Assembly: GCA_036170915.1 (NCBI GenBank)
Contig: JAVHQC010000026.1
Location: 1 to 64,000 of the forward strand
Origin: Cyanobacteria bacterium auto_48_18
Lineage (GTDB): Bacteria > Cyanobacteriota > Vampirovibrionia > Obscuribacterales > Obscuribacteraceae
DNA: 64,000 nt
Reading direction: 5' to 3'
Each line of letters opens with the position of its first letter. Positions within the stretch are counted from its first letter, which is position 1. A model generated the notes under the pieces. That model saw only the letters and a program-made list of their open reading frames with translations. It had not been told where the DNA came from and ran no database searches. This document shows positions 1 to 9,494 of this stretch, one piece after another. The position numbers and the translations under genes are program-made.

Positions 1-728
1 GCGGCTTTATTGCGTTCGTACAATTGCACCGGAGCATATGCCCCCATTCCACCCGTATTCGGCCCACGATCATCATCAAAACGGCGTTTGTGATCTTGGC
101 TGGGCAAAAGCGGCACGATGGTTTTGCCGTCGCAAAGAGTGAGCAGCGAAATTTCTTCGCCCGTAAGTTTCTCTTCAATAACAACTTTATCGTCACTAAA
201 TTTGCCGCTCTTAAAAACTGTATCTAAAGCGGTCAAGCAGTCATCTTCGCTGTCGCAAACGAAAACACCTTTGCCCAGTGCCAGACCATCTACTTTTATT
301 ACTCTGGCCCAATTATTGGCTTTGACAATGGCTTCGGCTGTTTGCTGCGAGCTTGCTACTGCAAATTTGGCAGTGGCGATATTTAGTGTGGTGAGCATTT
401 CTTTGGCGTAAGCTTTGCTCCATTCTAGTTTCGCCTGAGCTTTCGTGGGGCCAAAAACAGTCAGGCCGGCCGCTTCCATGGCGTCAACCACGCCAGCTGC
501 CAATGGATTATCAGGGCCAACTACCACCAGATCTATTTTTTCACTGTGGCTAAAAGCGATTAACTGCTCAAAATCCATAACATCAATGCTGACGTTTTTT
601 GTTTTTTCGCAGTTTGCGGTGCCACCATTGCCGGGGGCGCAAAAAATCTCACTGATTTGGGCACTGGCTGACAGTTTCCAGCAAATAGCATGCTCTCTTC
701 CGCCACCACCAATTACCAGCACTTTCAT
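1..728 (-). CDS. purD: Phosphoribosylamine-glycine ligase (5' part; runs off window start)
   Basis: Not in the ORF track. ATG at 728 overlaps the purC stop (ATGA). Reads MKVLVIGGGGREHAICWKL..FCAPGNGG..VVGPDNPLAAG..FGPTKAQAKLEWSKAYAK, the typical PurD N-terminus. Confidence 0.95.
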   Translation of the reverse strand, partial: MKVLVIGGGGREHAICWKLSASAQISEIFCAPGNGGTANCEKTKNVSIDVMDFEQLIAFSHSEKIDLVVVGPDNPLAAGVVDAMEAAGLTVFGPTKAQAKLEWSKAYAKEMLTTLNIATAKFAVASSQQTAEAIVKANNWARVIKVDGLALGKGVFVCDSEDDCLTALDTVFKSGKFSDDKVVIEEKLTGEEISLLTLCDGKTIVPLLPSQDHKRRFDDDRGPNTGGMGAYAPVQLYERNKA

Positions 729-1927
729 TTTGCCCTGCCTTCTTCTTTAGCGGCAAAATTTATAGAGTCGATAAACTGGGGAAGGGTCGGATGCTGGGAA
801 AATACTGAATAACCTATAGTGTGATTAGCCAGCACACCGTAAAGCTTGTCGGCCACAGCTTTAAACTGGGGCGACAAATTATCTGGTTGTTCACCCAGAT
901 CGTCTATACAAATTTTCTGCCAGTCTAAACGGTTTTCTTGAGCCGCCTGTTTTTGTGCTTTAGCAATGGCTTTCTGCCAGCTTGAGCCACGATAGAATTC
1001 GCGGATCATTTCTTTAGATAAACTGCGGCCACTAAACACCAGACGCAGCTCATCGGGGCCGATGCTGTCAGCTAACAGCAGACCTTTATGATCTTCCAGA
1101 AATTCAAATTTGCCGTCCCAGAGTTCGATGCCACGTTCAGCAAAATGGTGATAAATTGCCAGAGCTGTAACGTATGCCAACTCAGTCAGCTCTTCAAAAC
1201 GAGCTGGTGTCAAGCCTGAAATTGTCAGAGCTTCTTGAACCGATAAGAGTCTGTCTTTAGGTTCAAGCTTGGTGTAAAACTCGAGAACAGGGCGTTCAAA
1301 CCATTGACCGTCTTCGGGCACAGCACTGAGGCCTAAGGTCTGGGCGTAAGCAGGGTCGGCTTTGAGCCTTTCTTTAAGCGAACTGCCTGCCGGCATGCCG
1401 AAGCGAAATACCACTTCTAAGGGCACCAGTTTGCGGACATCAGTAATTTTGTTGGTGTAATAGAAAACCGTCTGGTCAAGAATTGATGTGGCCTCAGGCC
1501 TCTCTACTTCAGCCTTGGTGACCGCCATATAGGTCTGGTGAGCAGGAATTTGTTCGATGGTGGTTGTGGCACCGTCACTTGTCACTAGACCTTGATAGTG
1601 GTGGCGCGCACCATGGGTGGTGAGGCGGTTGAAACTAGGTTGATTGAATAATTTGCGTAACCAGTCTTGATTAAACTTGAGCAAGTGCGATGATTCTTGC
1701 AGATTGATCCAGGTTTTATTGTCAGCCAGATGTTGAAAGAAAAATGCGCCGAGAGCTGCCAGGGCTTTGCCTTTATTGGCAATGGTATCAGGCATCTTGC
1801 CCCAGTCAAAAACTGAATAATCGTCAGTAAACTCAAACCAGTAAGTGCCGTCATCTCCGGCAGGGCGCCACACACGTTTGACCGAGCCGTCGTACACCAG
1901 AATTAAGTCTTGCAAGTTTACGGACAA
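725..1927 (-). CDS. purC: SAICAR synthetase, long (400 aa) form
   Basis: GSVK, FTDDYSVFDWG, LEVVFR, EFYTKLE, DGKFEF, LADSIGPDELR motifs; lies between purF and purD; TTG start with GAGG RBS. Confidence 0.92.
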   Translation of the reverse strand: MSVNLQDLILVYDGSVKRVWRPAGDDGTYWFEFTDDYSVFDWGKMPDTIANKGKALAALGAFFFQHLADNKTWINLQESSHLLKFNQDWLRKLFNQPSFNRLTTHGARHHYQGLVTSDGATTTIEQIPAHQTYMAVTKAEVERPEATSILDQTVFYYTNKITDVRKLVPLEVVFRFGMPAGSSLKERLKADPAYAQTLGLSAVPEDGQWFERPVLEFYTKLEPKDRLLSVQEALTISGLTPARFEELTELAYVTALAIYHHFAERGIELWDGKFEFLEDHKGLLLADSIGPDELRLVFSGRSLSKEMIREFYRGSSWQKAIAKAQKQAAQENRLDWQKICIDDLGEQPDNLSPQFKAVADKLYGVLANHTIGYSVFSQHPTLPQFIDSINFAAKEEGRAK

Positions 1928-1953
1928 CTTTTAAATCCTCATCTGGCTGCTAA

Positions 1954-3405
1954 CTATGACTTACGAATGAGAGTGGTGCGGTCTTTAATACGCTGAGTCT
2001 GAAAGTCGCTGCCACAAGTAACGTCGGTTGGGTAGGTGCCGGTGAGGCATCCTGTACACAGACCACCTTTATTTAGGGCTTTGCGCAAACCTTCGATGGT
2101 CTGGAAAATAACGCGATCGGCACCAAGTTTTCTCGCCACTTCTTCTTCAGTGCAATTGAAGGCTACCAGCTCATCTTGACTGGGAAAATCGATGCCGTAG
2201 TAGCAAGGGAACTGAATCTGTGGACAGGTGGATGCCATTATCACTTCTTTGGCACCACTCTGACGCATCAGTTCAATGATTTGCGCTGCTGTGGTACCGC
2301 GAACAATACTGTCGTCTACGACCAGGCAACGTTTACCTGCAATTTCAGAAGTAATGGGTGAAAGTTTACGGCGAATCGCTTCTTGCCTGGCGGCGTGACC
2401 ATCAAGAATAAATGTGCGGTTGACGTAACGATTTTTTATCAGCGACTCGCGAAACGGTAAATCTAGAGCTTCGGCGATGGCAATAGCAGCACTGCGACTG
2501 GTTTCAGGCACAGGAACGACCACGTCGGCAGAAATGCCCAGCGCTTTAATGCGCTCCGCTAGAACCAGGCCTAATTGAAAACGAGTTTCGTAAACTGAGT
2601 GGTCTTGATGCTCAGACTCGACTCTTGAAAAATACACTGATTCAAACATGCAGGGTGATAGTGAGCGCTGAAAAAGCACTTTGCGGCTTACCTCGCCAGC
2701 AGCTGAAACATAAATTGCTTCTCCGGCATTGATATCACCGGCAATTGTGTAGCCGAGATATGTCAAGGCTATAGATTCGCTAGCTAATGCATATACCTGC
2801 TTGCCTTCACTATTTGTGCGAGTGCCATAAATCAGGGGTCTGATGCCGTCCGGATCGCGAAAACCAAATAATCCACCGTTGCCGTCTATGCCCACTACAG
2901 CGTAAGCCCCTATCAGGCGATGCATTGATGCTTCTATAGCTCTAAAAATATGTTCTGCGGTGGGTTCATGCCCACCCAGCTCGAAAGCCAGCAATTTCAA
3001 AATCACTTCAGAATCAGATTCGGTGGCTGGAATGAACTCAATGCCTGCAGCAGTGAGCTCATCGCGCAAAGTATATACATTGACGATATTGCCGTTGTGG
3101 CCGATGCCAATAGTAGAGCGGGCATCGAAGAATGGCTGCAGTAAATTTGGGTCTTGCCGACCGATTGTGGCGTAGCGAGTGTGGCCAAGCGCAGTCTTAC
3201 CTTTTAAGCCCTTCTTAAAAGAGCGTTCAGAAAAGACGTTCTCTATGAGGCCGCTGCCTTTTTGCAAGTTGAAAAGTTCGCTGCCGCTTTCAGCCAGGGT
3301 TAAGATGCCGGCGCCGTCTTGACCACGATGTTGGAGGTTCATCAAACCGACGAATACGTCTCTAGCGGCGTCAGTTGTACCTGAAACGCCTATTATGCCG
3401 CACAT
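1954..3405 (-). CDS. purF: Amidophosphoribosyltransferase
   Basis: N-terminal MCGI, LQHRGQD, GHTRYAT, HNGN, VDDSIVRGTT, CYYGID. Confidence 0.97.
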   Translation of the reverse strand: MCGIIGVSGTTDAARDVFVGLMNLQHRGQDGAGILTLAESGSELFNLQKGSGLIENVFSERSFKKGLKGKTALGHTRYATIGRQDPNLLQPFFDARSTIGIGHNGNIVNVYTLRDELTAAGIEFIPATESDSEVILKLLAFELGGHEPTAEHIFRAIEASMHRLIGAYAVVGIDGNGGLFGFRDPDGIRPLIYGTRTNSEGKQVYALASESIALTYLGYTIAGDINAGEAIYVSAAGEVSRKVLFQRSLSPCMFESVYFSRVESEHQDHSVYETRFQLGLVLAERIKALGISADVVVPVPETSRSAAIAIAEALDLPFRESLIKNRYVNRTFILDGHAARQEAIRRKLSPITSEIAGKRCLVVDDSIVRGTTAAQIIELMRQSGAKEVIMASTCPQIQFPCYYGIDFPSQDELVAFNCTEEEVARKLGADRVIFQTIEGLRKALNKGGLCTGCLTGTYPTDVTCGSDFQTQRIKDRTTLIRKS

Positions 3406-3588
3406 ATGAGTCCCTCGAAAGTCAGCTCACACGCCAAGAATACTGCACTTGGCACCCTGTTCGCAAACAATTAGTCACTTCACAACATACTTTGATAAAT
3501 TCGAAGCAAAATCGAGGGGCAAAAAACTTAAAATTCCGGTGCAATGATGCCAGTGCAATAATGATGAGGCTACAAAAAGAGGAATATA

Positions 3589-4071
3589 ATGACTGTAATA
3601 GTCTCAGTGGTGATGGGCAGCAAATCAGACTGGGAGACCATGCGTCATGCCGATCAAATTTTAGATGAGTTTGAAATTGAGCATGAATGCAAAATCGTCT
3701 CCGCTCATCGCACGCCGCAGTTGTTGGCTGACTTTGCCGCTTCTGCTGAATCTCGCGGCATCGAAGTGATTATCGCCGGCGCTGGTGGTGCTGCTCATTT
3801 GCCGGGAATGATTGCCGCACAGACACTCGTGCCTGTGCTGGGTGTGCCTGTGGAGAGCCATTCGCTTAAGGGCATGGATTCTCTCTTATCGATTGTGCAG
3901 ATGCCGGCTGGTATTCCCACAGGAACACTGGCAATTGGTAGGCCAGGGGCAATTAATGCCGCACTACTGGCAGTGGCAATATTGGCCAATAAAAGACCAG
4001 CTGTGCGGGAAAAATTAAGGGCTTATCGTCAGGTACAAACCGACAGTGTTTTGGGAGAGAGTCTTAAGTGA
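3589..4071 (+). CDS. purE: N5-CAIR mutase
   Basis: [32 protein letters not shown]. Confidence 0.97.
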   Translation: MTVIVSVVMGSKSDWETMRHADQILDEFEIEHECKIVSAHRTPQLLADFAASAESRGIEVIIAGAGGAAHLPGMIAAQTLVPVLGVPVESHSLKGMDSLLSIVQMPAGIPTGTLAIGRPGAINAALLAVAILANKRPAVREKLRAYRQVQTDSVLGESLK

Positions 4072-4099
4072 AAATCGCTTTCTACTTAGGTTTGCATCA

Positions 4100-5254
4100 A
4101 TGAAACAAATCGAGCCGGGTGGCACCATTGGAATGTTAGGCGGCGGGCAGCTGGGGCGTATGTTTTGCTTTGCTGCACAGGCCATGGGTTATAAAGTTAC
4201 TGTTTATACAGACGAAGAGAAAAGTCCTGCCGGTCAGGTGGCCAACAAACTAATTTGTGCCTCTTATTTAGATGAAGCTGCGTTGGCACAGTTTGCTTCA
4301 GCAGTGGATGTGGTCACTCTTGAGTTTGAAAATATTCCTGTTCAAACTCTCAAATTTTTGTCACCACTTGTGCCTGTTTATCCTGATGAAAGAACTCTTT
4401 ATGTGGCCCAAAATCGCCAGCGCGAAAAAGATTTTTTACAAGCCGGTAATTATCCCATTGCCGCTTTCACCTTAATTAAAAGCGCTCAGCACCTGCAATC
4501 TCAGTTGACTTCAGCACATATAAAATTTCCAGCGGTGCTAAAAACCGCAGGCTTTGGTTATGACGGCAAAGGTCAAAAAGTGGTGCAAAATGCAGACGAA
4601 GCGGTAGCAGCTTTTGCTCAGCTCGTTAGCGCCAATAAACAAACCGAAGTTGTAGCTGAGGCATTCATCAGTATTGAGAAAGAATTTTCAGTCATTGGTG
4701 CGCGTAATTATCAAGGCGATCAAAGCGCCTTTGAATATTTTGGCCCCATCGAAAATAAGCACGTCAACCATGTGCTTGATGTTTCATCAATGCCGGCCAG
4801 GTTGAATCAAGACTTAGTTGATAAGGCCGTTGCCATTACCAAATCAATTATGGATGAGCTTGATACTGTGGGTCTGCTCTGTGTGGAGTTTTTCCTCACG
4901 GAAGACGGCATTCTCGTAAACGAGTTGGCACCGAGGCCTCATAACTCAGGTCATTTGACCATTGAAGCCTGCCCCACCAGCCAGTTTGAGCAACAATTGC
5001 GAGCGGTCTGCGGCCTCACTTTAGGTGCTACCACTCCCTTTCACTCTGCTGCCATGGTCAACTTGCTTGGAGACCTCTGGCCGGAAGGCGGTCAGCCCAA
5101 CTTTATCGCGGCCCTGACTACCAGCGAGGCGCATGTACATTTATATGGCAAAGAAGAAGCGCGCCCCGGCCGCAAAATGGGTCACATCACAGCAGTGGCC
5201 GAGTCAGGCTCCCTGGCTGTTGAACTGGCACTGAAAGCGCGCTCTAGTCTATAA
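4100..5254 (+). CDS. purK: N5-CAIR synthetase
   Basis: GGGQLGRM, EFEN, GYDGKGQ, NELAPRPHNSGH, RKMGH; ATG at 4100 preferred over 4046. Confidence 0.96.
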   Translation: MKQIEPGGTIGMLGGGQLGRMFCFAAQAMGYKVTVYTDEEKSPAGQVANKLICASYLDEAALAQFASAVDVVTLEFENIPVQTLKFLSPLVPVYPDERTLYVAQNRQREKDFLQAGNYPIAAFTLIKSAQHLQSQLTSAHIKFPAVLKTAGFGYDGKGQKVVQNADEAVAAFAQLVSANKQTEVVAEAFISIEKEFSVIGARNYQGDQSAFEYFGPIENKHVNHVLDVSSMPARLNQDLVDKAVAITKSIMDELDTVGLLCVEFFLTEDGILVNELAPRPHNSGHLTIEACPTSQFEQQLRAVCGLTLGATTPFHSAAMVNLLGDLWPEGGQPNFIAALTTSEAHVHLYGKEEARPGRKMGHITAVAESGSLAVELALKARSSL

Positions 5255-5256
5255 AC

Positions 5257-5287
5257 AAAAAAGCCAGAACCGTAGTCCTGGCTTTTT
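5257..5287. terminator. Bidirectional intrinsic terminator between convergent purK and the helicase gene
   Basis: AAAAAAGCCAG-loop-CTGGCTTTTT. Confidence 0.8.
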
Positions 5288-5334
5288 CGATTTCTTGATT
5301 GCGAAGATTTGAAATTAACGCCTTAGACCGGCAG

Positions 5335-6507
5335 TTAAACTACGCGTCTTCTGCCATTGCTTCTAAAGCCACGGCGAGCTGGAACAACTTTGCGAGCTTC
5401 AGGCTTGCCTTCTTGCTCGAGCTGGCGACCCATTACTCTTTCGATGTCACGAATCAAATAGCGTTGTTCATCGTTAACGAATGACAATGCTACGCCTGAT
5501 TTTCCGGCTCTGCCGGTTCTGCCGATTCTGTGAACATAATCTTCTGGTGAATCTGGCAAATCGTAGTTAACTACGTGTGAGATTGAAGGAATATCGAGAC
5601 CGCGTGCAGCAACGTCAGTGGCTACGAGAACTTTGAAGCGGCCGTCGCGGTAACGTGCAAGAGTCTTTTCGCGCTGACTTTGTGAAATGTCACCGTGAAT
5701 TTCTTCTGCCAGTACGTTGGCGTCGCGCAGTCTTCCACGTACCCAACCGGCTCTACGCTTGGTTTTGGTGAAGACAATGACTGAACTCATTTCGAGCTCT
5801 TCAATTAGTTTCACCAGCAAAGCATCTTTGCCGAATTCAGTGACATGGTAGAGCTTTTGATCAATAGCATCAGGCTCGATTTGTGTAGATTTGGCTTTTA
5901 CAGTAATTGGTTTGTTGAGGAACTCAGCAGCCAATCTGTGAACACGTTGATCGATTGTGGCCGAGAACATCACAGTCTGACGTTCTTTTTTCAATTGCGA
6001 AATTACTTTGCGAATTTGCGGCATGAAGCCCATGTCGAGCAATCTATCGCCTTCATCCAGCACCAAAATTTCAACGCCAGATACGTCGGCAATGCGACGC
6101 TCAACCATGTCGAGCAGGCGGCCTGGAGTAGCAACGATAATGTCTACACCACGCTTGAGAGCTCGTGACTGTTTTTCGTAGCCAGTGCCACCATAAAGAG
6201 TGACGCAACGTAATTTATTGTATTTACTGAATTTCACAAATTGGTCTTCTACTTGAAGAGCCAGTTCGCGTGTAGGCACCATAATCAGTGCTCTAGGTCT
6301 TTTTTGTGGCTCTTGCAGTGATTCAATAATTGGCAAAGCAAAGGCGGCGGTTTTCCCAGAGCCTGTTTGTGCCGAGCCCATGATGTCTGAGCCAGACAAC
6401 AAGAGTGGAATTGTATTTAATTGAATTTCGGTTGGTTCGAGATACTCGGCGTCTGTAAGCGCGGCGAGAGTAGACTTGGACAAGCCAAGTTCAGCAAATG
6501 TGGTCAA
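5335..6507 (-). CDS. DEAD-box RNA helicase (RhlE/CrhC-like)
   Basis: Q motif, AQTGSGKT, PTRELA, TPGR, DEGD, SAT, ARGLD, HRIGRTGR. Confidence 0.95.
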   Translation of the reverse strand: MTTFAELGLSKSTLAALTDAEYLEPTEIQLNTIPLLLSGSDIMGSAQTGSGKTAAFALPIIESLQEPQKRPRALIMVPTRELALQVEDQFVKFSKYNKLRCVTLYGGTGYEKQSRALKRGVDIIVATPGRLLDMVERRIADVSGVEILVLDEGDRLLDMGFMPQIRKVISQLKKERQTVMFSATIDQRVHRLAAEFLNKPITVKAKSTQIEPDAIDQKLYHVTEFGKDALLVKLIEELEMSSVIVFTKTKRRAGWVRGRLRDANVLAEEIHGDISQSQREKTLARYRDGRFKVLVATDVAARGLDIPSISHVVNYDLPDSPEDYVHRIGRTGRAGKSGVALSFVNDEQRYLIRDIERVMGRQLEQEGKPEARKVVPARRGFRSNGRRRVV

Positions 6508-6766
6508 TTTAGAATCCTTATATAAACAACGGCTAAGCTAAGCCAGTACCTATCTATGTTGCGATCCAGGCCTGATACGGAGTGGATACCTTGCAACGCT
6601 TCAAAGCGTTTTTGGGCAAGGACGTTCTGCGCAATCGACGGTGCATGACCAGTTTATGGCTTAAAACCATCGTATTTTCAGAATCTACCACAGCATGCCA
6701 TAAATCATCTCTGGATGTCAATGTCATGAGTGTGGATTCAAACTTATGTAAATGGTGAGCTGTGGC

Positions 6767-7063
6767 TCATTTAGAGCCAAATTGATACCATTTGCGGGGG
6801 GCCTTCTTCTGGCCTGGCTGTTCTGCCAGAGTGAGGTTCAGACGTCGACCGCTAACATCGTAGCCATTCAAGCTGGAGACTGCTTCTGCAGCTTCGCCCG
6901 GGTCGCCCATTTCGACAAAAGCGTAACCGCGATTTGACCCGGTGCGCGGATCTTTGGGGATGTCGACTGAGACGACAGTGCCTACAGTTTGCGAAAACAG
7001 TTCTTTGATTTGCAGCTCAGTGACTGCGGTTGCGAGATTTCCTACCAAAATTTTGTTGTGCAT
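6767..7063 (-). CDS. RRM RNA-binding protein (cyanobacterial Rbp-like)
   Basis: RNP2 ILVGNL, RNP1 RGYAFVEM. Confidence 0.9.
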   Translation of the reverse strand: MHNKILVGNLATAVTELQIKELFSQTVGTVVSVDIPKDPRTGSNRGYAFVEMGDPGEAAEAVSSLNGYDVSGRRLNLTLAEQPGQKKAPRKWYQFGSK

Positions 7064-7274
7064 AGTGATTCCACTTTCCATTTACACGCCCTTACTTAAG
7101 TCGCAAACGTTCAACAGACGACATAAGCCCAGGCCGTAGAGTTAGCTCTACAGCAGAGGCAATCGCCTGCGGTGCTCGCACTCGTATATTATGACAGAGA
7201 ACTTAGATTCACGCTGGTAAAATACCGGATATACGGCGATTTCACCAGCTTGTAAAGTGTCGAGTCGCTAATTA

Positions 7275-7622
7275 TTAATAACGATTGCAGTCAGGGTTAT
7301 ATTCTGAGACCAATTGCTCTTGCACGCTCGATCTCTCCCAGCGAGTAGAGTCAGGCATGGCCAGTATAAAGACAAAAAGTTCGCTCTCGTCACCGCCATT
7401 GTTGGCCCAGAAGTCGAGCACGTGATTGTGGCTGCGAATCGCTTGCTGTGAAAGATCATCAGCTTGACCAAAGAACAAGACAGTATGAGCTTTGGGTTTA
7501 TTGGCAGGGTCTTGTTTATAAGTGATGGCATAAACCGCTGGTAGCATTGGTGGTGCCCAACTGCTCAAGGTGCCGCCGGCGTTAAACTTGAAGCGCTGGC
7601 GTTTGCCCCACGAAATACTCAT
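7275..7622 (-). CDS. Small GIY-YIG-like protein, degenerate
   Basis: AVYAI..LFFGQA..L..H and C-terminal LVSEYNPDCN pattern. Confidence 0.55.
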   Translation of the reverse strand: MSISWGKRQRFKFNAGGTLSSWAPPMLPAVYAITYKQDPANKPKAHTVLFFGQADDLSQQAIRSHNHVLDFWANNGGDESELFVFILAMPDSTRWERSSVQEQLVSEYNPDCNRY

Positions 7623-7743
7623 GCTCTGTCCTTTTTGCTGGTCAATATATTGAGTGTATAGCATGACATATAAGGGTCGATTTTGCCAGCTGTGCATTTA
7701 CGCTCAAAGCGGGTGGTACTGTTAGAATTTAGCGGCCGAAGAA

Positions 7744-8262
7744 ATGGAATTAGCGATGTCATCATCTCAAGTAGCAGAAAATCAATCTAGGTGGCGACAG
7801 GTTTTTGCTCTGGCCTTAGAGTCTGAGTTAGACCCTGAGCTGGAGCCACGCAGTTGTGAGAAGTTTCTGCAAGAGGCGCTCGTTCTGGCTGGCACAATTG
7901 GTGTGGAAGAGACTTTGCAGACGCTCAATCAATTGGGTAATTTTTACCGGCGCAAAGGTATGTATAAAGAGGCTGAAGAATTTTCAGGTGTGGCCACGCT
8001 CGACTATCAGCATTCGCCAGCATCTGCATCACTCTATTTTCTTTGCTACGGCCGACTGCTCACGCGCAGTGGCGATTTTGCATGGGCGGAAAATTCTTTG
8101 CGATCAGCATTGCAATGTCATGAAGCGAGCGAGCGAATTGATCCATTCCTGATCACTTCAATTGTAGATGGCCTGGCGCGTGTTCTCAACGAACAGCAAA
8201 GGCCTGATGAAGCCAGCCAACTCTGGGAAAAATATCGCCAGCACAATTTGAGTATCGGTTGA
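7744..8262 (+). CDS. TPR-like hypothetical protein
   Basis: LNQLGNFYRRKGMYKEAE and GLARVLNEQQRPDEA TPR-type helices. Confidence 0.6.
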   Translation: MELAMSSSQVAENQSRWRQVFALALESELDPELEPRSCEKFLQEALVLAGTIGVEETLQTLNQLGNFYRRKGMYKEAEEFSGVATLDYQHSPASASLYFLCYGRLLTRSGDFAWAENSLRSALQCHEASERIDPFLITSIVDGLARVLNEQQRPDEASQLWEKYRQHNLSIG

Positions 8263-9494
8263 TGGCTGACGAAGCGCAACAGAATCTGCGCATTATCGTA
8301 GCCGCTTGCGCATTGACGTTCCTGGCCGGTTTGAACACTGGCTGGAGCGGGCCACTGATTCCAAAAATTGCCGAGGCCAATAATATCGCCCTCGGTATGG
8401 CCGGTTCGATGGCCAGTATCACAGCCGGCGGCGGTATGTTGATGCTGATGCTGGGCAAACTATTTTGCGATAAATTAGGCAGCCGCAACTGCCTGCGTCT
8501 GGCGGCTGTCATTATTGCTGCTGGTATGGTCGCTATTGCCATGGGCCCGAATCTACAATTTCTGGCTCTGGGTGCTTTTGTTTTAGGATGCGGCACCGGA
8601 CTGAATAGCATTGCTTCGACTACGAGCGTGCTTGTCAGTGATACCGCCAGCAGTGCCTCAGCTTTAAACAAAGTCAATCTCTTTTTCGGCATTGGTGCAC
8701 TGGCCGGGCCACAAATAGCCTGGGCAGGTCTGAGCAGCCCCTGGTCATATCATGCCGTTTATATTTTCGGTGCGGTTTTTGCTCTGGTCTGCGCTCTGGT
8801 TTTGAAAATTCAAAAACCGTCGGCAAAGTATGTGGCACCAGAAGAGACCGTTAAGAGCCAAATTATTGGCGAGCCGGTTTTATGGTTATACGCACTGTTG
8901 CTGTATTTGTATGTTGGTATGGAAGTCAGCGCAGCCACCTGGTTGTTTGCTTTTCTGCAAAAATATTGCGCCCTTGACCTGGCCATGGCTTCAATCAACA
9001 TGACTATTCTCTGGGCCGGTTTAACTGCGGGCCGCCTGATTAGCGTATTTCTTTGCGACCGCTATTCATCGAGTAAAATTACCTTGATGGGCATAACCCT
9101 TTCGACCTCCGCCTTTGGTGCTCTGGCTCTGTCCGCTCATGCTGGAGTCTGGACACTGCTTATGGTGCTTTTGCTCGGTGTTGGGTTCGGTCCCATATTT
9201 CCAAATATATTGGCAGCTGCCAATGAACACTTTAAGCCTGACACCACTACCACATCTACAGTAGTAATTAGCAGCGGCGCCATTGGTGCTATCACCGTGC
9301 CCATGTTGGCCAATTACTGTTTCACTCAAATCGGCTGGCAGCAAGGCATGTTTGTTTTGTGCGGCCTTGCTTGCATGCTGTTGATTCTTTTTTGTGTCTT
9401 ACTAAAAGTTACCGCCGGTGGGAGAAATCATGACACTCAACAATCGCCAATTCCTGTTGAAGAACCGTCCTCAGGGTCTGGTGACAGCCTCTAA
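8262..9494 (+). CDS. MFS transporter (FucP/TsgA-like)
   Basis: About 12 hydrophobic segments, GKLFCDKLGSR, FFGIGALAGP, LYVGME, GFGPIFP. Confidence 0.88.
   Translation: MADEAQQNLRIIVAACALTFLAGLNTGWSGPLIPKIAEANNIALGMAGSMASITAGGGMLMLMLGKLFCDKLGSRNCLRLAAVIIAAGMVAIAMGPNLQFLALGAFVLGCGTGLNSIASTTSVLVSDTASSASALNKVNLFFGIGALAGPQIAWAGLSSPWSYHAVYIFGAVFALVCALVLKIQKPSAKYVAPEETVKSQIIGEPVLWLYALLLYLYVGMEVSAATWLFAFLQKYCALDLAMASINMTILWAGLTAGRLISVFLCDRYSSSKITLMGITLSTSAFGALALSAHAGVWTLLMVLLLGVGFGPIFPNILAAANEHFKPDTTTTSTVVISSGAIGAITVPMLANYCFTQIGWQQGMFVLCGLACMLLILFCVLLKVTAGGRNHDTQQSPIPVEEPSSGSGDSL

Noticed and set aside
7120..7170. ZTP (pfl) riboswitch, suggested by GCCTGGGC
   Set aside because: The 5' GACTGGCG element is missing and the downstream gene is unrelated to folate or purine metabolism
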